From positions 3,678 through 67,677 of the IMG/VR virus record IMGVR_UViG_3300003320_000468: a stretch of DNA of 64,000 nt; one strand, given 5' to 3'. The DNA comes from a virus. Lineage: Duplodnaviria > Caudoviricetes. Below are positions 1 to 8,233 of the stretch, one piece after another. The notes under the pieces were generated by a model. It was not told the DNA's origin, ran no database searches, and was given only the letters and a program-made list of their open reading frames with translations. How positions within the stretch are numbered: the first letter of the stretch is position 1; every line of letters starts with the position of its first letter. The position numbers were made by a program, and so were the translations under genes.

Positions 1-297
1 ATGCTCGCCGCGATCGGCCCGCGCGTCCACGCCACGGTCACCGACCGGGTGCCCATGACCGACGACGGGAAGGTCAACGCCGAAGCGCTGGCCGCGCTCG
101 TCGCCTCGGCGATCAAGTCCGAGGCCGGGCACGCCGCCGCGGTCCTCGAATCCCAGGGCGTCGGCCGCCCGTCCGGGCTCGGCGGCAGCGACGCCACCGG
201 CCTGTCCGAGGCCGAGTTCGAGAACCAGCTCGTCCAGGACTTCATGGAAATGGGCATGGACGAGGCCACCGCCAAGCTCGCAGCGAAGGGCCGGTAA
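1..297 (+). CDS. C-terminal part of head scaffold/maturation protease protein (5' partial)
   Basis: Ala/Glu-rich helical ORF open from base 1, directly upstream of the decoration and capsid genes. Confidence 0.55.
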   Translation: MLAAIGPRVHATVTDRVPMTDDGKVNAEALAALVASAIKSEAGHAAAVLESQGVGRPSGLGGSDATGLSEAEFENQLVQDFMEMGMDEATAKLAAKGR

Positions 298-302
298 CCA
301 CC

Positions 303-683
303 ATGGCGCTCAACCAGGTCTACAACCACGGCGACCAGTTCCGGGTCACCGCCGCTCAGGTCACCACCCCCACGGGTGCGGCCGCGAAGGTCTCCGGGGC
401 TGCTGGCCTCGTCGGCACACTCCCGGTCGTACTCCTGACCGACCCGCAGGAAGACACCGCCGGTGTCAACCAGGTGACGGTCAAGACGAACGGGGTCTAC
501 GAGTTCCCCGTCGCCGCGGTCGGCTCGAACATCACCGTCGGCGCGCGCGTCTACGCGCTCACCGCCCCGGCCTCCACGCTGACGCTCAACAACACCGCCA
601 CGAACAGCACCGCCTTCGGGTACGCGCTGGCGCCGGTGACGAGCGGCCAGACCACCGTCATCCCCGTCAAGATCCACCCGTAA
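303..683 (+). CDS. capsid decoration/cement protein (DUF2190-like)
   Basis: 126 aa beta-rich protein (V..KTNGVYEFPV, AFGYAL) between scaffold and major capsid genes. Confidence 0.65.
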   Translation: MALNQVYNHGDQFRVTAAQVTTPTGAAAKVSGAAGLVGTLPVVLLTDPQEDTAGVNQVTVKTNGVYEFPVAAVGSNITVGARVYALTAPASTLTLNNTATNSTAFGYALAPVTSGQTTVIPVKIHP

Positions 684-695
684 GGAGCCACCACC

Positions 696-1874
696 ATGGC
701 AAACGAACTCGAAGAGGTGGGGCGCTTCTCGCGGGAACGCGCCTCCACCACGGCGCTGTACGCGGGCGAGGGCGCTTCGGTGTCCCAGCGCGCCCGTGCC
801 CGCCGCGCCAACGCCGACGCCCGCTACCAGAAGCGGTACTCCGAGGCGATGGGCCTCTACAAGGACGTCCTGAAGGGCTCCAAGCGGGCCGCCCTGGACT
901 TCCAGGAGGCCATGACCACCTCGGACTTCAGCTTCCTGTTCGGCGACATCATCGACCGGCAGATGCTCGCCGCCTACCAGCAGATGCCCGTCCAGTGGGA
1001 GCAGCTCGCGCGCACCGGCCGCGTCCGCGACTTCCGCACCGTCAAGCGGTTCACCATGGACGGCGGCGAGTCGGTCCTCCAGGAGGTCGGCGAGCAGTCC
1101 GAGTACCCGGCTGCGGAACTCAACGACGGCGACTACGAGTACCGGGTCCGCAAGTTCGGGCGGCGCATCCCCCTGTCGTGGGAGACGCTCATCAACGACG
1201 ACCTCGACGCGTTCGCGGACATCCCCCGCCGCCTCGGGAACGCCGCCCGGCGCTCCGAAGAGCGGTTCGCGACCAGCCTGTACGCCACCGCCTCCGGCCC
1301 GGACTCGACGTTCTTCGCGACCGGCAACGCGAACAAGACGGACGTGCAGCTGAACGTCGACGGCCTCCAGGAGGCCATGCGGATGCTCGGCGAGCAGCGC
1401 GACACCGAGGGCTCCCCGATCTACATCGAGGCCGCCACGCTCGTGGTCCCGCCGTCGCTGGAGGTCCCCGCCCGGAACATCCTCAACGCAACCGAGATCC
1501 TCGCCGCGAACGGCGGCGGCCCCGGCACCGGCAACGACCAGCTGCGGGTGACGAACTGGATGCGCAACCGCGTGTCCCTGATCGTCAACCCCTGGTTGCC
1601 GATCATCGACACCACCACGGGCAGCACCGCCTGGTACCTGTTCGCGAACCCCAACGCTGGCCGCCCGGCGATGGAGATCGGCCGCCTGATCGGGCACGAG
1701 TCCCCGGAGCTGTTCCAGAAGTCCCCGAACGCGACCCGTGTGGGTGGCGGGACGGTCGACCCGACGGACGGCGACTTCGACACCGACTCGGTCGAGTGGA
1801 AGGTCCGCCACGTCCTCGGCGGGACGCTCATGGACCCGAAGTCCGCGCTGGCCTCCACGGGTACGGGCTCGTAG
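696..1874 (+). CDS. major capsid protein (Mu gpT-like, HK97 fold)
   Basis: 392 aa; TTSDF, KFGRRIPLSWETLINDDL and EWKVRH motifs; AAGGAG RBS; position in head module. Confidence 0.9.
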   Translation: MANELEEVGRFSRERASTTALYAGEGASVSQRARARRANADARYQKRYSEAMGLYKDVLKGSKRAALDFQEAMTTSDFSFLFGDIIDRQMLAAYQQMPVQWEQLARTGRVRDFRTVKRFTMDGGESVLQEVGEQSEYPAAELNDGDYEYRVRKFGRRIPLSWETLINDDLDAFADIPRRLGNAARRSEERFATSLYATASGPDSTFFATGNANKTDVQLNVDGLQEAMRMLGEQRDTEGSPIYIEAATLVVPPSLEVPARNILNATEILAANGGGPGTGNDQLRVTNWMRNRVSLIVNPWLPIIDTTTGSTAWYLFANPNAGRPAMEIGRLIGHESPELFQKSPNATRVGGGTVDPTDGDFDTDSVEWKVRHVLGGTLMDPKSALASTGTGS

Positions 1875-1876
1875 CG

Positions 1877-2113
1877 ATGTCTTCCCGGCCAGGGGCACCG
1901 CAGTCCGTCACGGACGAGTACCTGAAGGCGATCCTGGCTGAGCTGCGTGAACTCAACGCGCGGCTCAGCCAGGACACCGTGCAGGAGACCGTCACTGTCG
2001 AGACCGCCGTCGAGTACCTCGTGCGCGAGCACGAGGGCACGATGGTCGATCCCGAGGACCTCACCGGGCAGATCCTGAACCTGCTCCACCCAGGCCGAGG
2101 TGCCGCAACGTGA
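1877..2113 (+). CDS. hypothetical protein (78 aa)
   Basis: ATG 3 nt after capsid stop; stop overlaps next start (GTGA). Confidence 0.55.
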   Translation: MSSRPGAPQSVTDEYLKAILAELRELNARLSQDTVQETVTVETAVEYLVREHEGTMVDPEDLTGQILNLLHPGRGAAT

Positions 2114-2757
2114 TCCCCCAGACGCTCCACCAGATCTGGATCGGGCCCGACCCGCTCCCCGCCGAGTTCGAGGCGTACGCCCAGACGTGGCGGGCGCATC
2201 ATCCCGGCTGGGAGTACCGGCTGTGGGGCGAGGACGCACTCCCGGCGATGCGCAACCGGGACCTGTACGACGCCGCGGAGGACCTCGTCCCCGAGCATTC
2301 GGTGTGGCAGTTCCGGGCCGACGTCCTCCGCTACGAGATCCTCTGGTCCTACGGCGGCGTGTACGTCGACGTCGACTTCGAATGCCTCGCGCCTCTCGAC
2401 CGGCACATCGCGGGCTTGGAGGCGTTCGCGGCGTGGGAGTCCCAGGACCGGTGGGTGAACAACGCGATTCTCGGCGCCGAACCAGGACACCCGTTCCTTG
2501 ACCGGCTGATCACCGGGCTTCCGGCGTCGGTGGCGCATCACCGCGGGCAGCGCCCGAACATCTCGGCGGGGCCCCAGTACCTGACGGGCCTGTGGCGCCG
2601 CCACCGCGACGAGCTCACGGTCCTCGACCAGGCATTGTTCTATCCGTACGGTTTCGCGGACGTCGGCACGCCCCGCGAACACGGCCCGTTCCCAGGCGCC
2701 GTGGCGATTCACCACTGGGCGAACCGGCGCCGCACCATCGCGAGGGGACGGCGATGA
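2110..2757 (+). CDS. glycosyltransferase, GT32/OCH1-like
   Basis: IPQTLHQIW start, ADVLRYEILWSYGGVYVDVD (DxD) and HHW near C-terminus. Confidence 0.85.
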   Translation: MIPQTLHQIWIGPDPLPAEFEAYAQTWRAHHPGWEYRLWGEDALPAMRNRDLYDAAEDLVPEHSVWQFRADVLRYEILWSYGGVYVDVDFECLAPLDRHIAGLEAFAAWESQDRWVNNAILGAEPGHPFLDRLITGLPASVAHHRGQRPNISAGPQYLTGLWRRHRDELTVLDQALFYPYGFADVGTPREHGPFPGAVAIHHWANRRRTIARGRR

Positions 2758-3431
2758 AAACCGTCACGCTCCCCGCCGGTGACCGGGTCGCGCGCATCGA
2801 GGTCGACGAGACCGACCACATCGGCCGGATCATCAACCGCGGCACCTGGTACGAGCAGGACCTCCTCGACGACGCGTTCACCCGCATCCAGGGCCCCGGT
2901 ACAGCAATCGACGTCGGCGCCCACATCGGCAACCACAGCCTGTGGTTTGCGCGGGTGATGGGCCTGAACGTGATCGCGCTCGAACCCAACCCCGCCACGT
3001 TCCAGCAGCTCATACGGAACGTCGAACTCAACGACCTCTCGCGCACTCCCTACCCGGGCGGCCCGTCGGTGTGGTGCCAGAACATCGCCGCGGGCTCGCG
3101 CCCCGGCTGGGGGCGCGTCACTGAACCGGCGATCGCCTACAACTCCGGGACGTGCGCCGTTGTCCGCCACGCTGACGCGGAGGCGGGCGCCGACTCGGTG
3201 ATGATCCGCGCCCTCGATGAGCAGCCGCTCGTGGAGGACCTGCGGCTCATCAAGATCGACGTCGAGGGAGCAGCCGCAGCCGTGTTGAACGGCGCAGCCG
3301 ATCTGATCGCGACGTACTCCCCGGTGATCTACGCCGAGGGCGACCGGAACGCGATCCGGGCGTGCCTCCCCCAGGGGTACAAGTGCATCGGGAAGTTCGG
3401 GCGCACCCCGACGTGGGGGTTCGCGCGATGA
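2754..3431 (+). CDS. FkbM-family SAM-dependent methyltransferase
   Basis: IDVGAHIG, ALEPNP and LIKIDVEG motifs; ATGA coupling on both sides. Confidence 0.85.
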   Translation: MKTVTLPAGDRVARIEVDETDHIGRIINRGTWYEQDLLDDAFTRIQGPGTAIDVGAHIGNHSLWFARVMGLNVIALEPNPATFQQLIRNVELNDLSRTPYPGGPSVWCQNIAAGSRPGWGRVTEPAIAYNSGTCAVVRHADAEAGADSVMIRALDEQPLVEDLRLIKIDVEGAAAAVLNGAADLIATYSPVIYAEGDRNAIRACLPQGYKCIGKFGRTPTWGFAR

Positions 3432-4537
3432 TCCGCGTGTCCGTCGCGATCATGGCGCACCCGCGGCGCGCCGCCTTCGTCCCCGAGCTCGAAGCGACGC
3501 TCGACCGGGCCGCCAAGGTCGTATGGGACGACGGCTCCAACTCCCGCTGGGGCACCGGGCGCCGCGCACTCGCCGCCTATGACCCCGCCGCGACCCATCA
3601 CCTCGTTCTCCAGGACGACTCGGTCATCCCGCGAGACCTCGTCGCCGGAGTCGAGCAGATGCTCGCGCACGCCCCCCAGGACGTGCCCGTCTGCCTGTAC
3701 GTGGGGAAGGTCAGGCCGTACAAGGAGATGGTCGCCGAGTACGTCAAGCGCGCTGAGGGCGCGTCGTGGCTGGTCATGGATCGCCTCAACTGGGGCGTTG
3801 CCGTCATCCTCCCCGTCTCGATGATCGAGGCGGTCGTGGCGGCTGGGGACTCACAGACGATCCCGAACTACGACTCCCGCATGTCGACATTCTTCGAGGC
3901 CAAAGGGATTGACGTCTGGTACCCGTGGCCCTCCCTGGTCGACCACCGCGAGTCCCCGTCGCTTGTGCCAGGCCGCGGCCACTCCGGCAGGGTCGCGCAC
4001 CAGTTCATCGGCGCTGAGGCTTCGGCGCTGGACATCGACTACTCGGGCGCGGTCCTGCGCCTGCCGAATGCCGACAGCTACAGGCCAGGAGGTCAGTCCA
4101 CCATGCTGTTCATCTGCGAGAAGTACGACAACTTCTCGATCCCCACCGCGAACGTGAAGTTCAAGGACCACTACTTCGAGGCCACCACACCGGGCCAGGT
4201 CGCGCACCTCCAGATGCCGCACGTCAAGCGCCGCGGCGTCCGCCCGGCCACCGAGGAGGAGGCCACCGCCTGGTACGAGGCGAAGCACCCGGCCGCCGCG
4301 GCGGTGAGCGAGCCCGCTCCCGTCGAGCCGCCCTCGGGCACCGAGGAGGTCAAGGAACCTGCCCCGGTCCCGGCCGAGGGTGTCAAGGTATCCGAGGACG
4401 TCCCTGACGGCACCGCCGACGAGGTCCTCGCGTGGGTCGGCGGCGACTTCGAGCGGGCCGTTGCCGCGGAAGCTGCCGAGCTCGCCGGGAAGCGCCGGAA
4501 GACCCTCCTCGCTGACCTCGCCAAGATCATCGGCTAG
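3428..4537 (+). CDS. GT-A fold glycosyltransferase fused to a C-terminal putative virion-associated domain (internal start at 4103)
   Basis: HLVLQDD and PSLVDH motifs; in-frame ATG 4103 with GGAGG RBS; C-terminal VPDGTADEVLAWVGGD helical module. Confidence 0.7.
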   Translation: MIRVSVAIMAHPRRAAFVPELEATLDRAAKVVWDDGSNSRWGTGRRALAAYDPAATHHLVLQDDSVIPRDLVAGVEQMLAHAPQDVPVCLYVGKVRPYKEMVAEYVKRAEGASWLVMDRLNWGVAVILPVSMIEAVVAAGDSQTIPNYDSRMSTFFEAKGIDVWYPWPSLVDHRESPSLVPGRGHSGRVAHQFIGAEASALDIDYSGAVLRLPNADSYRPGGQSTMLFICEKYDNFSIPTANVKFKDHYFEATTPGQVAHLQMPHVKRRGVRPATEEEATAWYEAKHPAAAAVSEPAPVEPPSGTEEVKEPAPVPAEGVKVSEDVPDGTADEVLAWVGGDFERAVAAEAAELAGKRRKTLLADLAKIIG

Positions 4538-4543
4538 CGCACC

Positions 4544-4900
4544 GTGGCGATCGACTACGGAACCCCGCTCGGGCAGGTCCGGCTGCTGATCTCGGACGTT
4601 GACGAGGAGAGCCCTCTCCTTACCGATGACCAGATCAATGCGTTCCTGTCCATCGAGCACGACCGCGTCAAGCGGGCCGCGGCGCGGGCGCTGGAGTCGA
4701 TCGCCGCCTCCGAGGTCCTGGTCTCCAAGAAAATCCGGACCCTGGACCTCCAGACCGACGGGCCCGCGGTCGCTGCGGAGCTGCGCGCCCAGGCGAAGCA
4801 GCTCCGCGACGAGGACGACAACGACGACGGCGGCGAGCCGTGGGCGATCGACGTCATCCCGTTCGACCCGAACGCGCCCTACCGGTCGGGGTGGTGCTGA
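4544..4900 (+). CDS. head-to-tail adaptor
   Basis: VRLLISD...LLTDDQINAFL...AAARALE pattern and position. Confidence 0.7.
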   Translation: MAIDYGTPLGQVRLLISDVDEESPLLTDDQINAFLSIEHDRVKRAAARALESIAASEVLVSKKIRTLDLQTDGPAVAAELRAQAKQLRDEDDNDDGGEPWAIDVIPFDPNAPYRSGWC

Positions 4901-5340
4901 TGCCGTTCCCGGGCACACGAGTTATCCCCCCTGGTTGGGATGCACATCATCGGCCCGTCGCCGAGGGCGCGCAGACCTCGACCGGCCGCGCCTACCGGTT
5001 CAACTCGACCGGGGTGTTCAACAACGCCACCGGCAAGACCGAGTACTTCGACCCGGTGCCGGTGTACGGGACCGCCGAGACCGCGGCGCCGATGCGGATC
5101 GTCCGTGACGGCGTCGACACCCGGGTCGTGATCGGCGAGCGCGAGGTTATCCAGCGGTCCTACATCGTAACGCTCCCCGCCAGCGCCGCAGAGATCCTCG
5201 TCAACGACATGGTCGTAGCCGAGACTGCCTCGGACCCGCTCCTGCCCGGCCTGAAGCTGTACGTCAGAGACGTCCGGTACGGGTCGCAGGTGTGGGAGCG
5301 GGACCTGGTGTGCGACAACGTCCCGCCCGCGAACCGATAG
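4900..5340 (+). CDS. head closure/stopper protein (DUF6093-like)
   Basis: VIPPGWDAHHRP start; position; TGATG overlap. Confidence 0.6.
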   Translation: MPFPGTRVIPPGWDAHHRPVAEGAQTSTGRAYRFNSTGVFNNATGKTEYFDPVPVYGTAETAAPMRIVRDGVDTRVVIGEREVIQRSYIVTLPASAAEILVNDMVVAETASDPLLPGLKLYVRDVRYGSQVWERDLVCDNVPPANR

Positions 5341-5349
5341 GGGGCAGCG

Positions 5350-5721
5350 GTGGCCGGCTTCTCTGTTGACGATTCGGAGCTTCGCCGGTTCGAGCGAGAC
5401 GTCGAGGTCGGCACCGAGTATGCGCGCAAGCAGGTCCGGAACGTCGTCCGCAAGTCCGTGTTCGAGACGCAGGCCCGCGGGGCTGCAAAGGCGCCAGTGC
5501 TGACCGGTGCGCTCCGTGCCTCGATCTCCGCGGACTTCCGCGGGTCGAACCGTGACGTCGCGCAGGGCGAGACCGGCCCCGAAGTGAACTACGCGCGATT
5601 CGTGGAGCTCGGCACGTCCAGGCAGGCGCCGCAGCCGTACATGGGCCCTGCCGCCGACGAAGTCGAGCCCACGTTCTACGCCGCGCTGGAGGCGATCGAC
5701 CCGCTCGGGGAGGCCCCCTGA
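5350..5721 (+). CDS. HK97 gp10-like neck protein
   Basis: APVLTGALRASI, YARFVELGTSRQAPQPYM. Confidence 0.75.
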   Translation: MAGFSVDDSELRRFERDVEVGTEYARKQVRNVVRKSVFETQARGAAKAPVLTGALRASISADFRGSNRDVAQGETGPEVNYARFVELGTSRQAPQPYMGPAADEVEPTFYAALEAIDPLGEAP

Positions 5722-6161
5722 TGGCGCAGGTGTCCCGGCCGTTCCAGTACGCCGTCAAAGCGCTCGTGCAGGCCCACATGCCCGACCACCCGTACCACTA
5801 CGGCGGCGTGCAGGTCCCCGACTCCGAACTGGTGTACCCGTACCTGGTGCACTGGCCGGTCCCGGCGACCGGGGAGATCGCGAACTTGGCCGGGAACCTG
5901 ATCCCGAAGCTGAACGAATGCAGGTTCGTTGCGTGCGGCAGGGACACCGACGAGGTCCTGTGGGCGCTCGACGAGATCGCAACGGCGCTGGTCGGCCAGC
6001 GCCCGGTCATCGACGGCTGGAACTGCAACCTCATCCGGCAAGTCCCGGACAGGGCGCCGGTCGTGGAGAACACGAAGGCCCTGTGGCAGGGGCGGCCGAC
6101 CTGGACCGGGTGGGGCCTGTACCGCATGGGCGCCGAACCCGCCGCCGTCACGACTTCGTGA
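5721..6161 (+). CDS. tail terminator/completion protein
   Basis: Position between gp10-like and major tail genes; PY.V.W motif. Confidence 0.55.
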   Translation: MAQVSRPFQYAVKALVQAHMPDHPYHYGGVQVPDSELVYPYLVHWPVPATGEIANLAGNLIPKLNECRFVACGRDTDEVLWALDEIATALVGQRPVIDGWNCNLIRQVPDRAPVVENTKALWQGRPTWTGWGLYRMGAEPAAVTTS

Positions 6162-6354
6162 CGTCCTGCTTCGGTACGTCCTGCTTCGGTTTGAGGAACG
6201 AGCTGACGATCAGCACGGCCACACCCGTGACGAACAGCGCTTTCGCCCACAACGGGACTTCTGAACCGACCACCACCGCGGCGGCGATGCCCGCGATGAC
6301 CGAACCGAGCACCAGCGCAAGCCCGGCACTGGCGACGAGTTTCTGAGGAGTCAT
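6148..6354 (-). CDS. small two-TM membrane protein (antisense moron)
   Basis: 68 aa with two hydrophobic helices and a basic tail; 15-nt tandem duplication 6161-6190 (PKQDV x2). Confidence 0.55.
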   Translation of the reverse strand: MTPQKLVASAGLALVLGSVIAGIAAAVVVGSEVPLWAKALFVTGVAVLIVSSFLKPKQDVPKQDVTKS

Positions 6355-6413
6355 ACCGCCACGGTAGCGGCCCGGCCACACCGTCCACATCCACCAGTCG
6401 GAGGAGGCCGGTC

Positions 6414-6623
6414 ATGTCCGTGCGCTACGTCCGGCTCCGCTGCCTCGCCACCGGGCACCAGTGGGACGCGAGTGAAGCCGCCGCAAAGTCGTATCTCGCC
6501 TCGGGCGGCTGCGTCGCCGTCCGGCCCCCCGTCGCCCGGTCCCACCCCCTCCCCATGAAGGCGTTCCGCGACCTCGCGCGCCTCACCAAGCCCCGGCCAC
6601 AACCCAGCAAGGAGACACCATGA
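6414..6623 (+). CDS. hypothetical protein preceding major tail protein
   Basis: GGAGG RBS; ATGA overlap with tail gene. Confidence 0.55.
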   Translation: MSVRYVRLRCLATGHQWDASEAAAKSYLASGGCVAVRPPVARSHPLPMKAFRDLARLTKPRPQPSKETP

Positions 6624-7138
6624 GCGACGCCGTCGTTCCCACATCCATCTCGGCCGACGGGTCCCTCAAGGTCCTCGCCGTGCCCACTATCGCCGACCCG
6701 TCCGAGCCGACCATCACCGAGTTGACCGCGCTCACCGTCGTCGACCTGTCCTGCTACATCACCGCCGACGGGTGGGCCCCGGCCACCGACGAGCAGACCT
6801 CGACCGACGACCGGCTCTGCTCCCGGCAGACCCTGGAGCGCCGCGGCCGGTTCACCGACTCGCTCACCATCACCTACGTGTACCAGGCGCAGGCCCCCGA
6901 CGCCGCCGACAACAAGGCGCAGGCCACCCTCCGGGCTGGGGAGCTGCTCAACCTCGCGGCCCGGTGGGGCATGGACTTCGAGCCCGCCGTCGAGGTCGGC
7001 GACATCGTCGACATCTACCAGATCGAGTGCGGCATCCAGCAGAAGCAGCCGCCCGAGGCCAACGGCCGCCAGAAGATCATGCAGAAACTCTTCATCCGCG
7101 GCCTGACCCAGCGCGACGTCCTCGTCGTCGCCTCCTGA
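6620..7138 (+). CDS. major tail protein
   Basis: 172 aa, VVDLSCYIT..DDRLCSRQ; upstream of chaperone and tape measure. Confidence 0.8.
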   Translation: MSDAVVPTSISADGSLKVLAVPTIADPSEPTITELTALTVVDLSCYITADGWAPATDEQTSTDDRLCSRQTLERRGRFTDSLTITYVYQAQAPDAADNKAQATLRAGELLNLAARWGMDFEPAVEVGDIVDIYQIECGIQQKQPPEANGRQKIMQKLFIRGLTQRDVLVVAS

Positions 7139-7141
7139 TCG

Positions 7142-7178
7142 GGGCCCGTGCATCAACCTGGCCGGGATGCGCGGGCCC
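7142..7178 (+). terminator. stem-loop after major tail gene
   Basis: GGGCCCGTGCATC / GATGCGCGGGCCC 13-bp stem with one GU pair; no strong U tract. Confidence 0.4.
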
Positions 7179-7220
7179 TCCTTCATGTCTACGGCCAGGC
7201 CCACCGGCCAGGAGCAGTGC

Positions 7221-7889
7221 ATGTCCAACACCAAGAAGACGAAGCCCGCGAAGACCCTCGATGAGAAGCTCGCCTCCGTGCAGCGGCTCGAAGACCGCAT
7301 GGTCATCCACTTCCCCGGCCCGCTCCGGGCGGAGTGGACTCGCATCAAGGACGAGTTCGACCAGCTGAAAGCCCGCAAGACGTCCACGGAGATGCTCAAT
7401 CCCGACCCGGAGGAACGCAAGCTTGCCGCGGCGCTCGCCGACCTGGAAGCGCAGATGCGCGAGGACTCGGTGGAGGTGACGCTCCGGGCGCTGCGCCGCC
7501 AGCGCACCCCCGCCACCCCGAAGGACGAGGCGACCTGGCGGGAGCTCGTCGCCGCGCACCCGCCGCGCAAGGGCCCGGACGGGAAACCCGAGCCCGCAGA
7601 CGCGAACTCGGGCTTCAGCTGGGAAACGTTCCCTGAAGCGTTGATCCGCGCCTCCGTGGTCGACCCGGTCATGACTTCCGAGCAGTGGGACATGCTCCTG
7701 TACGAGGTCCTTACCGACAGGCAGTTCGACGCGCTCTACGACAAGGCGTTCCGCCTCAACCGCTCGGACGTCGACATCCCTTTCTCACACGTCGCCTCGA
7801 AGACCCTGAAGAGCGGTGGCCCGTCGAGGCGGCGGAGCGGCTCGGGGTCTCCCTCAAGCGGTTCCGCGGCTGGGAACCCGAGCAGGTAA
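7221..7889 (+). CDS. tail assembly chaperone (gpG-like)
   Basis: GGAG RBS; between major tail and tape measure genes. Confidence 0.75.
   Translation: MSNTKKTKPAKTLDEKLASVQRLEDRMVIHFPGPLRAEWTRIKDEFDQLKARKTSTEMLNPDPEERKLAAALADLEAQMREDSVEVTLRALRRQRTPATPKDEATWRELVAAHPPRKGPDGKPEPADANSGFSWETFPEALIRASVVDPVMTSEQWDMLLYEVLTDRQFDALYDKAFRLNRSDVDIPFSHVASKTLKSGGPSRRRSGSGSPSSGSAAGNPSR
7778..7784 (+). other. -1 programmed frameshift heptamer C CCT TTC giving a 7221..8215 gpGT-like fusion
   Basis: X XXY YYZ in chaperone frame (D-I-P-F); -1 frame open to TGA 8215. Confidence 0.7.
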
Positions 7890-8233
7890 CGACCTACGAA
7901 TACGACGACGCCGGGCGGCTGACCCAGTCGGTTACTCGGCGAGAGCCGGAGTGGACCGAGGACCAGCAGGCATGGATGCTCGCGCTCGCCGCATGGCGTG
8001 ACGCCCGCTGCGGCCAGTGCGGCGGCGACCTCGAAGAAACCACGAACCCCGACAACGACGGCTCCCCCGGCAACGGCGCCTACCTGCCGCTGCTGCCGGT
8101 CCGCTGCCACCGGTGCACCGCGCTCGCGAAGTCCGAGAAGACGTACCGCGACGGCGGCGCCGAGTTCCCCCAGGCCCTGATGCACCGCGTGCAGCTGCAC
8201 GAGAAGCACACCTGACCACCGAAAGGAGGCCGG

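Noticed and set aside
995-2113. Long alternative-frame and antisense ORFs throughout (e.g. 995-2113, 1421-2239, 22208-24205, 48212-49651, 62247-63953)
   Set aside because: Arg/Pro/Gly-rich shadows of real genes, expected in high-GC DNA; no motifs or RBS. Only the MTase-nested ORF was kept because of its internal repeats.
7581-7627. GGGAAAC heptamers in the tail chaperone gene as frameshift sites
   Set aside because: Neither copy is in the X XXY YYZ phase of the chaperone frame, and the -1 frame there closes at 7636.
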